DNA of 64,000 nucleotides, from the NCBI GenBank assembly GCA_964106915.2, contig OZ066921.1. One strand, written 5' to 3'. Position 1 is the stretch's first letter. Each line of letters begins with the position of its first letter. Made by a program: the position numbers and the translations under genes. The notes beneath the pieces were generated by a model, which saw nothing but the letters and a program-made list of their open reading frames with translations, ran no database searches and was not told where the DNA came from. The stretch comes from Podarcis gaigeae (lineage: Eukaryota). Shown here in pieces: positions 47,860 through 60,392 of the stretch.

Positions 47860-50800
47860 TCACTGGCTGCTGGAAAAAGATTGCTGTATAACAGAATCCC
47901 ATAGTCTGCTATACCAGGCAGTTCCTTACAGAGGCTTCACCACACGGCTTTTCAGGGGTTTCTGGTGCTTTGTGTAGGGTGCTATGATGCCCCAGCCTGC
48001 ATGTGTGAGCCGAGAAAATAACTTTTTAAGCCAAGCTTGTGCAAAGTGCCTTCCTGCCATCAGAAGCATTCTACATTGCCTCAAAAGATTGGTCCAGGCA
48101 GTCCCTGGCTTGGAAGTTAACTCACGTCACTGAAGGAGGTTGTGAGTCAGCAAGTCCCCTGAAGGCAGGGAAGCTCCTTGGTGCTGCCATTGTCCAAGGA
48201 GAGGAGTGGGGGGAGAACAGAAGCACTTACTCATCTGCTGGGAACGTAGGCCAAGGCTGTGGTAGTACAGCACCTGGGTCCAAATCACTGCTGTGGAAAG
48301 CCTGCAACGAGAAAGAGGAGACTTTGTGTGTGTGTTATTTCCCTTAAGATTTCATTAAGGCTTTTTTTTGTAATACAATACAATACAAAATGAACAGAAA
48401 CGAAAAGACAGTAGAGTAGAGGACAACAATGTCTCAGAGTAAAGGGCATCAAGGAAAACAAAAGGAAAAAAGAGGAAGGAATATAAAAGGAAAAGAGATG
48501 TGAAAGGGACTTCCGATTTTCTGTCTTTGCCAACTCAGGATGTCCATGGCTTCATTCCATTCCTTCAACATCATAACTCGTGCCATTTGGGTGTTTCATT
48601 CCTCTAGACACTGGTGCGAAGGACTTCTCCATTTCATTGTCTGCTACCTCCAACTCTACCATTTCACTCTCCTGTTCTGGAAATCCTTTTTTGATATTGT
48701 TCTCCAAAGTCTCTGTGCTCTCTTTAATACCATTTTCCATTTCATCCTTCTCTGGTCCATTTTCATTCACCATTTCATCAATCTCAGCTCTGATCTCTCT
48801 TAACTGCTCATGCAATATTTGCTGTAAGATGCCAACAATCAATGGAGTGTCCAACAATGTATTTGCCATACTGAGTGTTCTTAATCTTATTAACAGTTCA
48901 ATACGCATCTTAAAAACTTAAGACCTTAAGGTCTTCACAGCATTCCTTATAAAACCACATACTTTCAGTTTGAAGTCAACACTTTTGTCAAAAAACAGAA
49001 TTAAAAATAAAAGATTTCTAACAATCCGAACACCCTTGATCGTTAAATGATAAACTCTTCTTAAGAAGGTAGTTCACACACCAGATGTAAATTTCAACTG
49101 GCAGACAGAGAACCTCTCAGGTGTAATTTATAGCAGTCTTGAAGGTCATTAGAGAAAGGGAGGCTTTGCTGACCTTATGCCCTGAGGGCTGTTACGTGGC
49201 TTGGGGGCAGGATGAAAATTCTTCTCTAAGTTACTCACCTCCATCTGGGTTCTCAGCTGCTCATTCTCCAGACATGGAAAGCAGCTATTTTCCCAAAATA
49301 AATTCAGTAGCTAAGATTTATGGCTTTGGCTATCATGAATCACTACGTAATCATCTCTGTTGGTGAACCATCCGCCGTTCCTCCAGCAGTCCAAGGATCT
49401 GTGTTTTCAAGGAGTGGATTTGCCCAACACACAGGCTCTGTGGTCACTACCAGGCACTCCTTGTGGGTTGGATGCTGGAAGCCTACTTCTCTGTGCTCTT
49501 GCTGCAGAACTGCAAAAGCTTCCACAACAGCACTTGTTCAATGCCTTCTCATTAAATGATGTGGGTGGTCTGGGGAATCCTTGGGGCTGTCCTATCTTCT
49601 GCCACGTCTCCTGTTATGGCAATATTGGCCCACTCTGCATTTGTGGGTTTAGGGTTCCAGAAGTAAAGGTAAAGGTACCCCTGCCCGTACGGGCCAGTCT
49701 TGACAGACTCTGGGGTTGTGCACCCATCTCACTCAAGAGGCCGGGGGCCAGCGCTGTCCGGAGACACTTCCGGGTCACGTGGCCAGCGTGACATCGCTGC
49801 TCTGGCCAGAGCCAGAGCCAGAGCCGCACACGGAAACACCGTTTACCTTCCCGCTAGAAAGCGGTCCCTATTTATCTACTTGCACCCGGAGGTGCTTTCG
49901 AACTGCTAGGTTGGCAGGCGCTGGGACCGAGCAGCGGGAGCGCACCCCGCCGCGGGGATTCGAACCGCCGACCTTTCGATCAGCAAGTCCTAGGCGCTGA
50001 GGCTTTAACCCACAGCGCCACCTGCGTCCCTTTTGTTCCAGAAGTACTTTACCTCAAATAATAAATGCCTGCCTTGCAGGCTAACAGAACACCTTGCCAC
50101 TCACTCATTACCTTCCCTGCTGGGAAACGGAGGCAGCCTACTGAGAGTGCCATCTGGACCCCTGGGATTATTGGCCCTTCACTACCGAGCCTTCCACTCA
50201 CCTTGAGGCGCTCACACTCAATACGCCGCTCATCCACTTCACTTTTCAAGCGTTTATTCTCTTGCTGGAGTCTCTCCATTAGCCCATGGAGGTGGCTGTG
50301 GAAAGAAGCTGCCTTAACAAAGGGGAACAAACAGCCATGCAGCAGCCTTTGGACTTACACATGAGGATAACAGGACAAGGAAAGGAGGAGCGCCTGAATT
50401 TTAAAAACACCTCTTGTCCTGCACAATATTTGGAGATATGGGGTGGAGGCAGGGGAAGTTGGGACCAGCAGGTGAGCCTACTGCCCACCCCTTGAGGAAG
50501 AGCAGAAGTGTGGGAGGCCTGAAGGAGGGACCCCCCCCCGCCCATGTCAGCCTGCTGCACTTACTCCCTCTCGCCCGTCAGCTGAGCGATTTGCTTGATC
50601 TGGTCCCGGATCTTGTCGCCCAACTTCTCGTTCACCTGCCTGCAACGAGACACCAGTTGGGAGGAAGTAACAAGGGGCAAGGAAAGGTGGTAAGCAGCAC
50701 TGCTAGAGCCCATTCCCACCCACGCCAGGAGGAGGAGGCTGCCACGGCCAGGTGGCACAAACTCACTTCTGCTCCTTCACCCACTGGCTGACGTTGGACA

Positions 50801-53800
50801 CCACCAACTCACTCTCATGATGCAGGCGGTAGCTGTCGGCCCGTGCTGTCTCCAGGGAGGTCTGCAGGGATTCCACCTGCCAGGTAAGAAGAGGGTAGTC
50901 TAGGAAGGCCACCCTGGCATGGTTCCAGAAGTGCAAAGCAACCTCCACTGGCCCCTCCACTCTCTTGCCCCTAAACTATTCTGAAAGGGCCAAAGAATGA
51001 AGAGCAGAGCCAGAGGCAAACAAGACTCCCAAATGGCAACCACAAGGTCTCTGGTGAGCCACAGACCAAGAGCCCTGCTGCAGCAGGCTCAGAGCTCCAT
51101 CTGGTGTGGCATCTGGGGATCCAAACCAGGTGCTGCCAGGAAACCCAAAGGCAGAGGATCAGGTTTAGAACGTTCCCCAGTGCCTGGTATTCACAGGTAG
51201 ATTGCCTCTGGACAAGGAGGTTCCACAGAGCTATCATGGCCAACACCTATTGGCACATCTCTTTGTCTTGAGGTTATCTACTCCCCCATTTAAACCATTC
51301 TAATTGGCAGCCGTCGGCACACCCTGTGGCAGTGGGTGCCATCAAGGAGTTCTACGCTGTGTGAAAAGGAACCTTCTTTGGTCTTCCGCAAATTCATTTG
51401 CTTGCCCCTGAATCTCAGTGGGTGGTCTCGCTGTGCCAGCAGCAAAACCTCAACCTTGGACAAGTTCCACTTGAGAACAGCACCAGACCTTAGAGAGGAT
51501 GTGGACAAGTGGAAGAGGATGCAAAGGAGAGTATCAGAGATGCTCAAGAACTTGGCAGGGCAACCGGCCCTGAGGAAAGGCTGGAGGAGAGCAGCAGCAG
51601 GTGAAGGAAGGAACAAGACAAAGCTGGAGGAAGCTGAGAAACAAAGAGAAGGAAAGGAGAGAAAGAACGAGGTCAGCTGAGCTCTAACTCTGGAGAGAAG
51701 AACAAACCAAGGCTTATAGGGGCTGAAGGGTGGGAAGGGGAGGGAGAGTATTTGCTGGGCAACCTCAATGCATGGGGTGCAACCAGCTCTGGCTTTGAGG
51801 CTAGACAGGCTTGTTGCTTTCACAACTCCCTGAGGAAGCCAGGCCAGCCTGTTGTGACCTTTGTTGTCACCTCAGCTTGTGAATGTGCCACCCAGAAGCC
51901 ATGGGAACTCTCTTTGGATGCTTTGCTTGGGGCCTTCTTCCCCAATGACGGGATCTGCTTTCTTCCTAGGGGCAGCAGAGGTGAATGGTGCCCCTGGGGA
52001 GTCCGGGGGATGAGATTCCTCCCCAAGCTTTACTTACGTCCCGGCTGGAAACCACAAACTTCTGCCGGAGGACGTTGACTTCGTTCTGCAGCTCTTCTCT
52101 CTGCCAAAGCAGCCCCAGGAGAGGACCAGAGGAAAAGCATCAGCCACCTGAGGAGGACTTGGCTGTGTATCCCTCCACCCTGCAGGGAGCCCCTCGTCAC
52201 CTCCTCTGTCGCCTGGTGACATTTCTCCTCCAGCGAGGCCAGCTCCACCTTCATCACCACCAGCTCCTCGTCCTTTTCGGCCAGAGCCTGCTCGGCCACC
52301 CGGTGCTCCTGCTGCCAGTGCTGCACTTGGCTGGCCAGGGCGCTCAGCTGCTCCTCGGAGGCACAGGCCTGTGAAGACAGAGGAGTTGCCCACTGGGTGA
52401 GCTTGGGCTGAGCAAGAAGGCCCCTCCAGCCCTCCCTCCCTGGGCCAGGGATGCTCACCTCCTTCTCCCTCTCCCTCTGCATGGCCAGCAGCTGCTGCAG
52501 CTGCTCTCGGGAGCCGCTCAGTTCTTCCTCCAGATGGTCTGCCCTGTGCTGGGCAAGCTGCAGCTCCGCCTGCAGGCAGGACACCTCCCGGGTTCTCTGC
52601 TCCAGCTGCCAAGAAGGGAGGGTAGAGGTCATCTCCCTGGCTGGCTGGCCTCCAAAAGGTGCCCAGGTTTGACTTGGCCTTACCTGCTCCACCGCCTCCC
52701 TTTGGCTGGCCTGGCAGGACGTGGCCTGCAGCCGGAGGTCCTGGGCAATGTTCTTGGCTGCAGCCAGGGACTGGTTGCTCTGGCGCTCCTTCTCCTGGGC
52801 AGTGTGCAGCTCAGTGTGGAGCTGGGAGAGGGTGGCCTCCTGGCGCAACACCTGTGGAGTGGGGTGGGGGAGGCAAGCCTGGTCAACCTGCAGGAAGGCA
52901 GGCAAGGGCGGGGGAAGGTGACAATGGCAGCACTCACCTCTGCTGTCTCCTGCTGCAGCTGCAACTGGGCGTGTTCATACTTTCTGCGGAGCACCTCCAG
53001 CTCCGTCTTCTGCTGCTTCAGCTGCTCACGCAGAACACGGCTCTCTGTCTCCCGCTCTGTGGCGCAGGTGTGCAGGCTCTGGGCTTTCCACTCTTCCTCC
53101 TGCAACTGCAAGGCCAGGGGGCTGTCAGCTCCTGGGAGACTTGGGACACGCCTCCTCCCTGCAGCCCTGCCCAGTGGCTCACCCTGCACTGGCTGCTCTG
53201 GAGCTGATGCTGCAGCTCCTTGCACTGCTGTACCAGCTGGCTCTCCTGCTCCTTGGCCCTTCGCAGCTGCCGCTGCAGCTCCTCCTCCTGGCGCTTCTGC
53301 TGGCCCAGCTCTGCCTGCAACTCATCCAGCACCGACTGGTTCCCTTGCACCTGTGGGCGGCACATACCAGAAGGCTTCAGGCTGCCACCAGCTGAGCTCT
53401 CCCGCAGGCAGAAGCAATTGGCTTGGCTGAGATGGCAGTTGCCCTTCAAGCCCTCCCACTTTCCCCTTCCCCACCTTCAGCTGCAGGCTCTTCAGCCCTT
53501 CCCGGCTGCTCTGTAGCTTCTGCTGCAGCCGAGATGCCTCCTTCTGGTGCTGCTGGGACTCTTGCATGGCTGCCTGGTGCTGCTGCTTTGACTGGCTCAG
53601 CTCTCCCATCAGTTGCTCCAACAGCTCTCTGAGGGAGGCAGAATCAGCAGCAAGAATAAAAACTCTGGGTCAAAGTGGTCCCATCTAGACCAGCCTCCTC
53701 TTGCTGACAGCAGGCAGCCCATCACGATGCCCCAAGAGAAGCCCCAAGCAGGACCTGAGGACAACAGCTCCCTTCCCACCCCTCTTTGATCCTTCACATC

Positions 53801-56800
53801 TAGTAGCCACGGAAGGCGCCCTTCCCCTTCTGCAACCCTTTCCCCCCAGAGAGACTCATGTCAGGGCCTAAGGAGACCCCCAGCCCCTGCCATTTGCCAC
53901 TGCAGCTGCTACCTTTTCTGCTCCAGCTCTGCTTCAGCAACGGAGAGCCTTTCGTTGAGAACCCGGAGCTCTGCCTCCAGCCGGCGGCCAGCCTGTGTCT
54001 GATGTGTGAGCTCTGTGAGCCGCTCACTCAGCTGCTCCTGGGCATTGTGCAGGCTGCTCTGGGCCAGCAGCACCTGCTCTTCCTGCTGCGCCAGCTCCTG
54101 GGCTGTGGGGTGGAGGGAGGGTCTGAGATGCTGGCAGGAGCCCCAAAGGGGAGCAGAAGAAACCAGCAGGTGGGCTGGCTGAAGCATCCCACAAGGCTCT
54201 GGGGAGGTGGGAGAGGGGATGGGTCCTCGGCTTGCTTCTCACTCCCACCTTTGCTGCTTTGCTCCAACTGTTGCCACTGCCCAGTAATCTAGTCTCAATG
54301 TTACCGACGGGAATTTCTGGCCTCCAGCCTCATATGTCCTGGCCCCACTCACCAGTTTTCTGGTGCTGCTCCTGGCTCTCGTGCAAGCTCCGCCGCAGGG
54401 CCTGTGCCTCGGCACACAATGTGGCACACTCTGCTCTGCTGTGCTCCAGCTCCCGCTGGGCCTTCTGCAGGCTGGCCTCCAGGTGATGGGCACGGGCACG
54501 CTGCTGCTCCACTTCCTGCCCCTTCTCCTGCAGGGTGCTGCAGGCGTGCACCATCTCCGCCTGGGACTTCCGCAGGATTGCATCTCGCTTCTGGATGGCC
54601 TGTGGGAGGGAGGGAGGGAGTGCAGAGAGGGAGTCAGCCACAGACAAGGACCCACACACCCCAGCAAGCCTCCCAGCAAATCAGGCAGAGGTGCTCACCT
54701 GCTCCCTTTGAGCAAGCAGCTTGCGGCTTTGTTTAAGCTCCATCTGTAGCTGCTGGACCTGCTGCTGCTGCTTGTCCCTCTCAGCTGCTGCCTCCTCATA
54801 CAGGCTTTGCAAGTTCAGCTCCAGGTGAGCCAAGTCTGGGGAAAAAGGTGGCCTCTTGCTCAGCATTAGCTGAGCCCCGCCCGACGTCTGCTCAGGCCAA
54901 GAGTGGGACCTGGCCTATGTCCTTGCTATTTCCACTCATTCCTACCGTTCAGAGCGCTGCTCTTCTGCTCAGTGACCCTCACCAGCTCCAGTTTTAAATC
55001 CTGCACCAGGCCCTGGTACTCCTCAGCGTGCCGCTGGTGCTTAGAGCTCTCCTCTTCCTCTTTCAGCAGCTTCTGCTCAGAACAAAGAGAACCGCGACTC
55101 AGCCTGGAGCCCTACATCTCCAGGGCTCCCCCAGCACCCCCCAACAAGTGTTGTGGCCCGGGAGCAGGGCCTACCTGCCTGAGGGTCTCTGCGGCGACTA
55201 TCTGGCTTTCATAGCTGCCGTTGGAGCAGCTGTGAGTTGCTTTGTAAGAAGCGAAGTCCCTGTGCAACGTGGCCAGCGCCGCCTCTTGGTCTAGGAGCTG
55301 AAGAGCACACAGCAGTCAGTCAGAGGTGGCTCCCTCTTCCGCTGCCCGTGGGGTTGGGGGCCGAGGCCAGGCTCACCTGGACACGGTTGGCTGCCAACTG
55401 CTCCTGCAGCGCCTGGATGGTCTCTTCAGAATGGCAGGCGAGCTGCCGGCTCTGGGCCAGCTCCACCTGGGTGTCGCGCAGCTCCCGCATCAGCTGCTCA
55501 GCGGTGTCTTCTGCCCGGCTGGCCTGCCAGCATTTGCCCTTCAGCTCCTCCTGCAGGATTTGCTGCTCTGCTTGCAACCTACAGAGGGCCTCGTCCTTTT
55601 CCTTGGCCTGCAGCAACAGGGCAAGCGCAGCTTAGGGCCAGGAAAGCAGCCAGGCCCCCATTGCCATCGCCTTCCCCTCTGAACCGGGGCCCCTACCTGG
55701 CAGGCGGCTTCCTCCTCCAGGCGCTGCAACTGGCACTCCAGCTCCCCGGCTCTGCTCAGCGAGGCCTGGAACTTCTTCTTGTAGAGCTCCAGGCTGCCCT
55801 CCAGGAGGGTGCTGCTGCTCTCCACCTGGCCCAGCTGCTCATGCAGGTGCCGCTCTCGCTCGCTCTGGCAGGACAGCTCCCGCTCCTGCTTCTGGGTCAC
55901 TTCCTCATAGTAAAGGAGCTGCGGGGGGAAAGGGAGGTAGGCAACTCTGGGTGGGAAGGTAGGAGTGGGGTGTGGGGTGCAGCCAGCTGGCTGGGCTCAC
56001 CTGCTCCTTGAGGACCTGGCACTGCTGAAGCAGCATCTCCAGGTCCAGCGTCTGCTTCTCAATCCGGCACTCGCGGGACTGCAGCTTGCTGAGGTTCTCC
56101 TGGTTGCGCCCCTTGCAGATATCCAGCTCCTGCTGCAGGCGCTGCAGCTTGTCTTGCAGCTGGTCCATGTTGGCCTGGTGGTCCTGCCGGGCAGAGAGCT
56201 GTTCACCCCGCAGCTGCTCCAGGGCGGCGGCCTTGCTCTGGCTCTGCAAACAGCACAGCGGGGGGGGGGGGGGGTTGGTCACGTGAGTAAGAGGAGGGGT
56301 GCCTTGGAGCTTGGTCTCCTCTCTTCCCCACGTAGCAAGGAATGGATCTCGCCCCAAATTGGCTCCTTCCCCCTGCAGTCAGGGGTTCTGGGTGAGCACC
56401 TGGAGGAGAGGCAGCCCACAAGGATGCAGGGAGGCTGAAGACCGTTGAAGGGAAGGGAGTCAAACTTTAGGGGGTGGCAGGAAACTGAGATCAGCTGGTA
56501 GGGAAATGGGGGCCAAACTGAGTTTGCAACCACTCTCCCCCCCAAAGGGCACGGACCTTGCTGAGGGAGGACTCCTTCTCGTGCTGGAGCTGGCAGATGA
56601 GCCGAGTCTGCTCCACTATTGCCTTCTCCTGCTCAGTGCAAGAGTCTCGCAGGCTCCTCAGCTCATCCTGCAGGTGGTGGAGCTGTCCCCTGAGGTGGTT
56701 CACTTCGGCCTCTTTACCTGCAAGCTGGCAGTGCCAGGGGACAGATGAGCATCCTCAGGAGGCTGCTGGGCAATCCACACATTCAGACCACCTCATCCTG

Positions 56801-59800
56801 CCCCCTCTCTCCCTCCCCTGGCTTGGCTCTTTCCCTCTGTGCTATGTGAGGCAAAGCCCTCCGGACCCTCATCCTTGCACTACGGCCCCAACTGCTGCTT
56901 GTCAAGATAGATCCTGAGCTGGGAAACACACTGGACAGGCAGTTTTCCCAAAGCTTGTGTGTCCTCAGCAGGTTGTTTGGAAACAAGCAGGCAAATCGCA
57001 GGGCAACGCAGTTCTCTGGGCTCTCATCTGGGCTCTCATCTGTTCCAGAAGCTGGATTGACTATAAGTCAGCAGCTCAGGATCTATCACTTCGCCTCTTT
57101 ACATTTACACAAGCACCTCCTGTGACCTGCCCTTTGGTGATTGATCCTCTGGGGGGAAAGTCTGCTGTCCTTGGGACTCTTCCCCTGCTCAGAGAACACT
57201 GGGGAGGGAGGGAGAAGGGCCTGGCTGCTGGTCTCCTTGGGAGCTCCACCCTTTGTGGGGTACTTTTTCAAGACTGCTACAAGGAGGCTCTCCGTCCCCA
57301 AAATGTCACCTCATCCTTCCCTTGCACCCGCTCCTCCTCAGCTGCTTTCAGACATCTCTGAAGTTTCACAATCGTCTGGTCACGGAGATCGACCTGGGGG
57401 AAGAAGGGCCTGACTAAGAACTGGCAGCTTGGGGGGGGGGGGGATTCCAGAGACAATGCCTAGAACTTGGAACCTTCCTTGGGTGCTGCTGCAGCAATCT
57501 TCTCCCTCTGGCAGAAAGAGCAGCAGGAGGCTGCTGGGCCAGGAAGAGTCTTGCCTGGGAGGCCTGCAGCAACTAGCCAGCCTACCTCTCGCTTGGAGGC
57601 TTCCTGCTGCTCCACCAGCGCTGCCATGCTCTGGGCCAGTTGTTGGTGCTCTGCGTGGGCGTCAGACAGCCGCTCCTGGCATCGGGAGAGCTCGTCCTGT
57701 GCTGCTTGGAAGTCAGCCTCCTTCTGCTCCGTCTGCTCTTCGCTCTGCTGCAGCTGCATCCAAGGCCAGGCAAAACACCTCGTGAGAGGATGTGGAGGGA
57801 AGGAGGCCGCAGAGAGGCGCACCAGGGAGAGGTCCCACCACACACAGAAGCCCCAGTTTAGAGCTGGAAGAAACTGGGGCAAGCTGGGCTGGGATTTGGA
57901 ACAGAGTCTCTCTGGGCTTGGAGTGAGAGAGGAGCAGGAGGAAGAAGAGGAAGGCTCACCTGAGTCTGGCAGGTGGAAAGCTGCTCTTGCAAGGAGGCCA
58001 GCTGCTCCTTGGTCCTCTGGGCCTGGCAAGAACGAGAGAGAAGGGCTGAGCAGAGGCCTCAACCCCCTGAGCACTTGGCAGGGACTCTGAGCTTCAGTTG
58101 CCCAACCGTCTCCCTCCAGTGTGCCTCTTGCTCACACACAACCTTCTGCAGGGCACTTAGCTCCTGGTCTGTCTGTCTGCAGAGGATGTGGGAGGCGTGC
58201 TGCTGTGTGCTCAGCGTCTCCTTCTGCTGACCCACCTGGTCCCAGGAAAAAAGGGCAAGGCCAAAAAGACATCCTTAGCTCCTGAGTGGGTGGGTTTCTC
58301 TGGCCCCTCCCAATTCACACGGGGCTGTACCTCACTCTGCAGCATCCTCAGCTGGTGACGTGCCAAGGCCTCTTTCTGCTGAAGGTCCTGGATCTCCTCC
58401 TCCCTGCTGCGGACTCTGGACTCAGAGGCAGCCTGGGAAGCCCGAGAGGCTGCCAAATCTCCCTGCAGCTGGTGGATAATGTCCTTGTACTGCTGCACCT
58501 GCCATGGCAACAGTGTTTGAAACAAGGTAAGCACAGAAGAACCCTGCAAAGAGGCTTTGCTGCTCCGTTAACCCCAGAATTCCCCCTCCTCCAAAAAGTA
58601 GCAGTGGCAAAGGATTTGAGACCTGCCATTCCCGCCCCCCAACCCGTATCAGTTTTTAGATGAAGGTTTTGGAGGGTATTTGGGAATTACTGAGCCTTTT
58701 TTTTTTTTTAACAGGCATTACTTTTCTTGATTTCCTGGCTTTAAAATTATTTAATGGGTTATTATTGTTTGCTAATAAGGTCAGAAGGGTCCTGCTGGAT
58801 CAGCCCCACTAAAAAGCTACCTTATACAGTGGTACCTCAGGTTACAAACTTAATTCGTCCCAGAGGTCCGTTCTTAACCCGAAACCGTTCTTAACCTGAG
58901 GTGCGCTTTCGCTAATGGGGCCTCCCGCGTTGCGATTTCCGTTCTCATCCTGGGGCAAAGTTTGCAACCCAAGGTAACTACTTCCAGGTTAGCGAAGTTT
59001 GTAACCCGAAGTGTTTGTAACCCGAAGCATTTGTAACCCGAGGTACCATTGTAATGAGTAAGGTCAATGGTCCATCTAGCTCAAGACTGACACAGACTGG
59101 CAGCAACCAGTAGGAAATCTCTCCCGGCGCCACCTAGTGATTCCACCAGGAATTGAACCTGTGTCACCCGAGCATACAAAAGCATATGGCCTTGCCCAGC
59201 CCAGCCCCATCTGGTCCTCAGTGGCCAACAGGATACCCCCAAAGGGAAGCCCACAAACAGGGCGAGAATACATTAGCTTTGCTCCTCACTTGTGATTCCC
59301 AGCAACTGGGATCCAGAAGTTTTACTAATTCTGAGGCCAGAATACAGCCATCTTTGTCCTTCCTAGAGTGTGTATCTGGAGACAACAGTTTCCCTCTGGA
59401 TCTTTCCCTTCCACCAGGTTTTGGTTTTGCCCACAATATCTATGCTCGCCTCTAAGACAAAGAGCTCCAACTTATCCATCTTGTCTCAGAGGTTTCTAGC
59501 ATTACATCGTTATCACTGGGAGCCTCTGGGAGGAACGCAGGGATGGAAGCATTTAAAAGAAATCAAAAGAGCCCAAATGCCCAGAGACTGCAGGGAAGAG
59601 AAGGGCATGTGGTCCTCTTGGGACAAACCTCCTTCCCTCAAGCACCTTGGACTAGGGCCAGGAGAGGGACACATGGTACCTGCTGCTCTGCTGCTTGGCT
59701 ATCAGCTGCTGCTCTTGCCAGCTTCGCCATTTGCTGCTTTTGCTGCCAGATCTGGAAGACAAATTGGGCACCTGCAGCTCTTTCGTGGCAGCCATGGCCT

Positions 59801-60392
59801 GAAAGCGAGCATCTAGTGCAGGGGATCCTCAGGCAGGCCAGCCAGTCATGAGGGTTTTCAGACAGGGAAAGCAAGGTGTGAATGCCAGAAGCCATCAATG
59901 GGCTCCCAGGAGGTCTTTCCAAGCCTTCCGTCCTGCTCACTTGGCTCTCTGCTCTCTCTAGCACCAGGCCTGCCTCCTCCACTAGGGCTTGCTACATTTC
60001 CAACTCTTGCACAGCCTGCCGGCGTTCAGATGCCTGGGGGCAAGGAGCGTAGGCTTGGGTGAGGCCCCCAGCATGGCTCTGTGGGATGGGATGGCAGCTC
60101 ACAGGGGCTGGCAATAAAACAAGCTCTGTGGCTCCCACTGCCTGCCACTCTACCAGGTTTCTGCCTGCCCCCAAGTCCTTCATTCTTGGGATGGGGGGGA
60201 CGACTCCCATGCACCCCCGTGTCCAGGTGGTCCAGCACTCTATACCTGCTCCCTGGTTCCCTGCAGGTCCTCCTGCTGCTCCTGGACTTGGATCTCCAGC
60301 TGGCAGATGAGGCCTTCCTGTTCGGTCATTTGCTGCTGGAGGGCACTGTGGGTCTCCTGGAGTCTGAGCAGTGCCTCGCTCTGCTCCGCAGC
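47860..60392 (-). CDS. PMFBP1: Polyamine-modulated factor 1-binding protein 1-like long coiled-coil protein (about 29 small exons; 5' end unresolved)
   Basis: Series of short, mostly phase-0 GT-AG exons encoding Q/E/L-rich heptads: 60392-60246, 60033-59941, 59751-59680, 58498-58331, then about 21 exons between 58235 and 50565 (e.g. LLEGSLELYKKKFQASL), then about 50294-50202, 48301-48231 and a terminal C AGC CAG TGA at 47869-47860. Tail-to-tail with DHX38, as PMFBP1 is in mammals; the name rests mainly on synteny. Confidence 0.78.
48340..49185 (-). mobile_element. Non-autonomous LINE-like insertion with an acidic coiled-coil ORF1-like reading frame
   Basis: T tract and (ATACA)n at about 48362-48390 like the L1 tail at 32280; AT-rich; minus ORF 48552-48908 (QQILHEQLREIRAEIDEMVNEN...). 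Boundaries approximate, no TSD found. Confidence 0.5.
49666..50034 (-). mobile_element. Full-length Sauria (Squam1) SINE
   Basis: Reverse complement closely matches the SINE at 3381-3747; 12-bp TSD gttccagaagta at 49654-49665 and 50035-50046. Confidence 0.92.
58827..59051. mobile_element. Tc1/mariner (Tigger/pogo-like) MITE, same family as 13110-13324
   Basis: TIRs CAGTGGTACCTCAGGTTAC / GTAACCCGAGGTACCATTG, TA flanks, shared internal gctaatggggcctccc. Confidence 0.9.

Noticed and set aside
49239-49640. Possible extra PMFBP1-like exon (strong donor GAG|GTGAGT near 49238, ORF 49343-49525)
   Set aside because: No convincing acceptor or coiled-coil frame; exon 48301-48231 already continues the reading frame.
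52534-56438. Many long plus-strand ORFs rich in L/A/C/S
   Set aside because: Antisense shadows of CAG/GAG/CTG-rich coiled-coil exons of the PMFBP1-like gene.
58074-58143. Apparent frameshift at the end of a PMFBP1-like exon
   Set aside because: In-frame donors AAG|GTTGTG or ACG|GTTGGG upstream keep phase 0, so no frameshift is needed.
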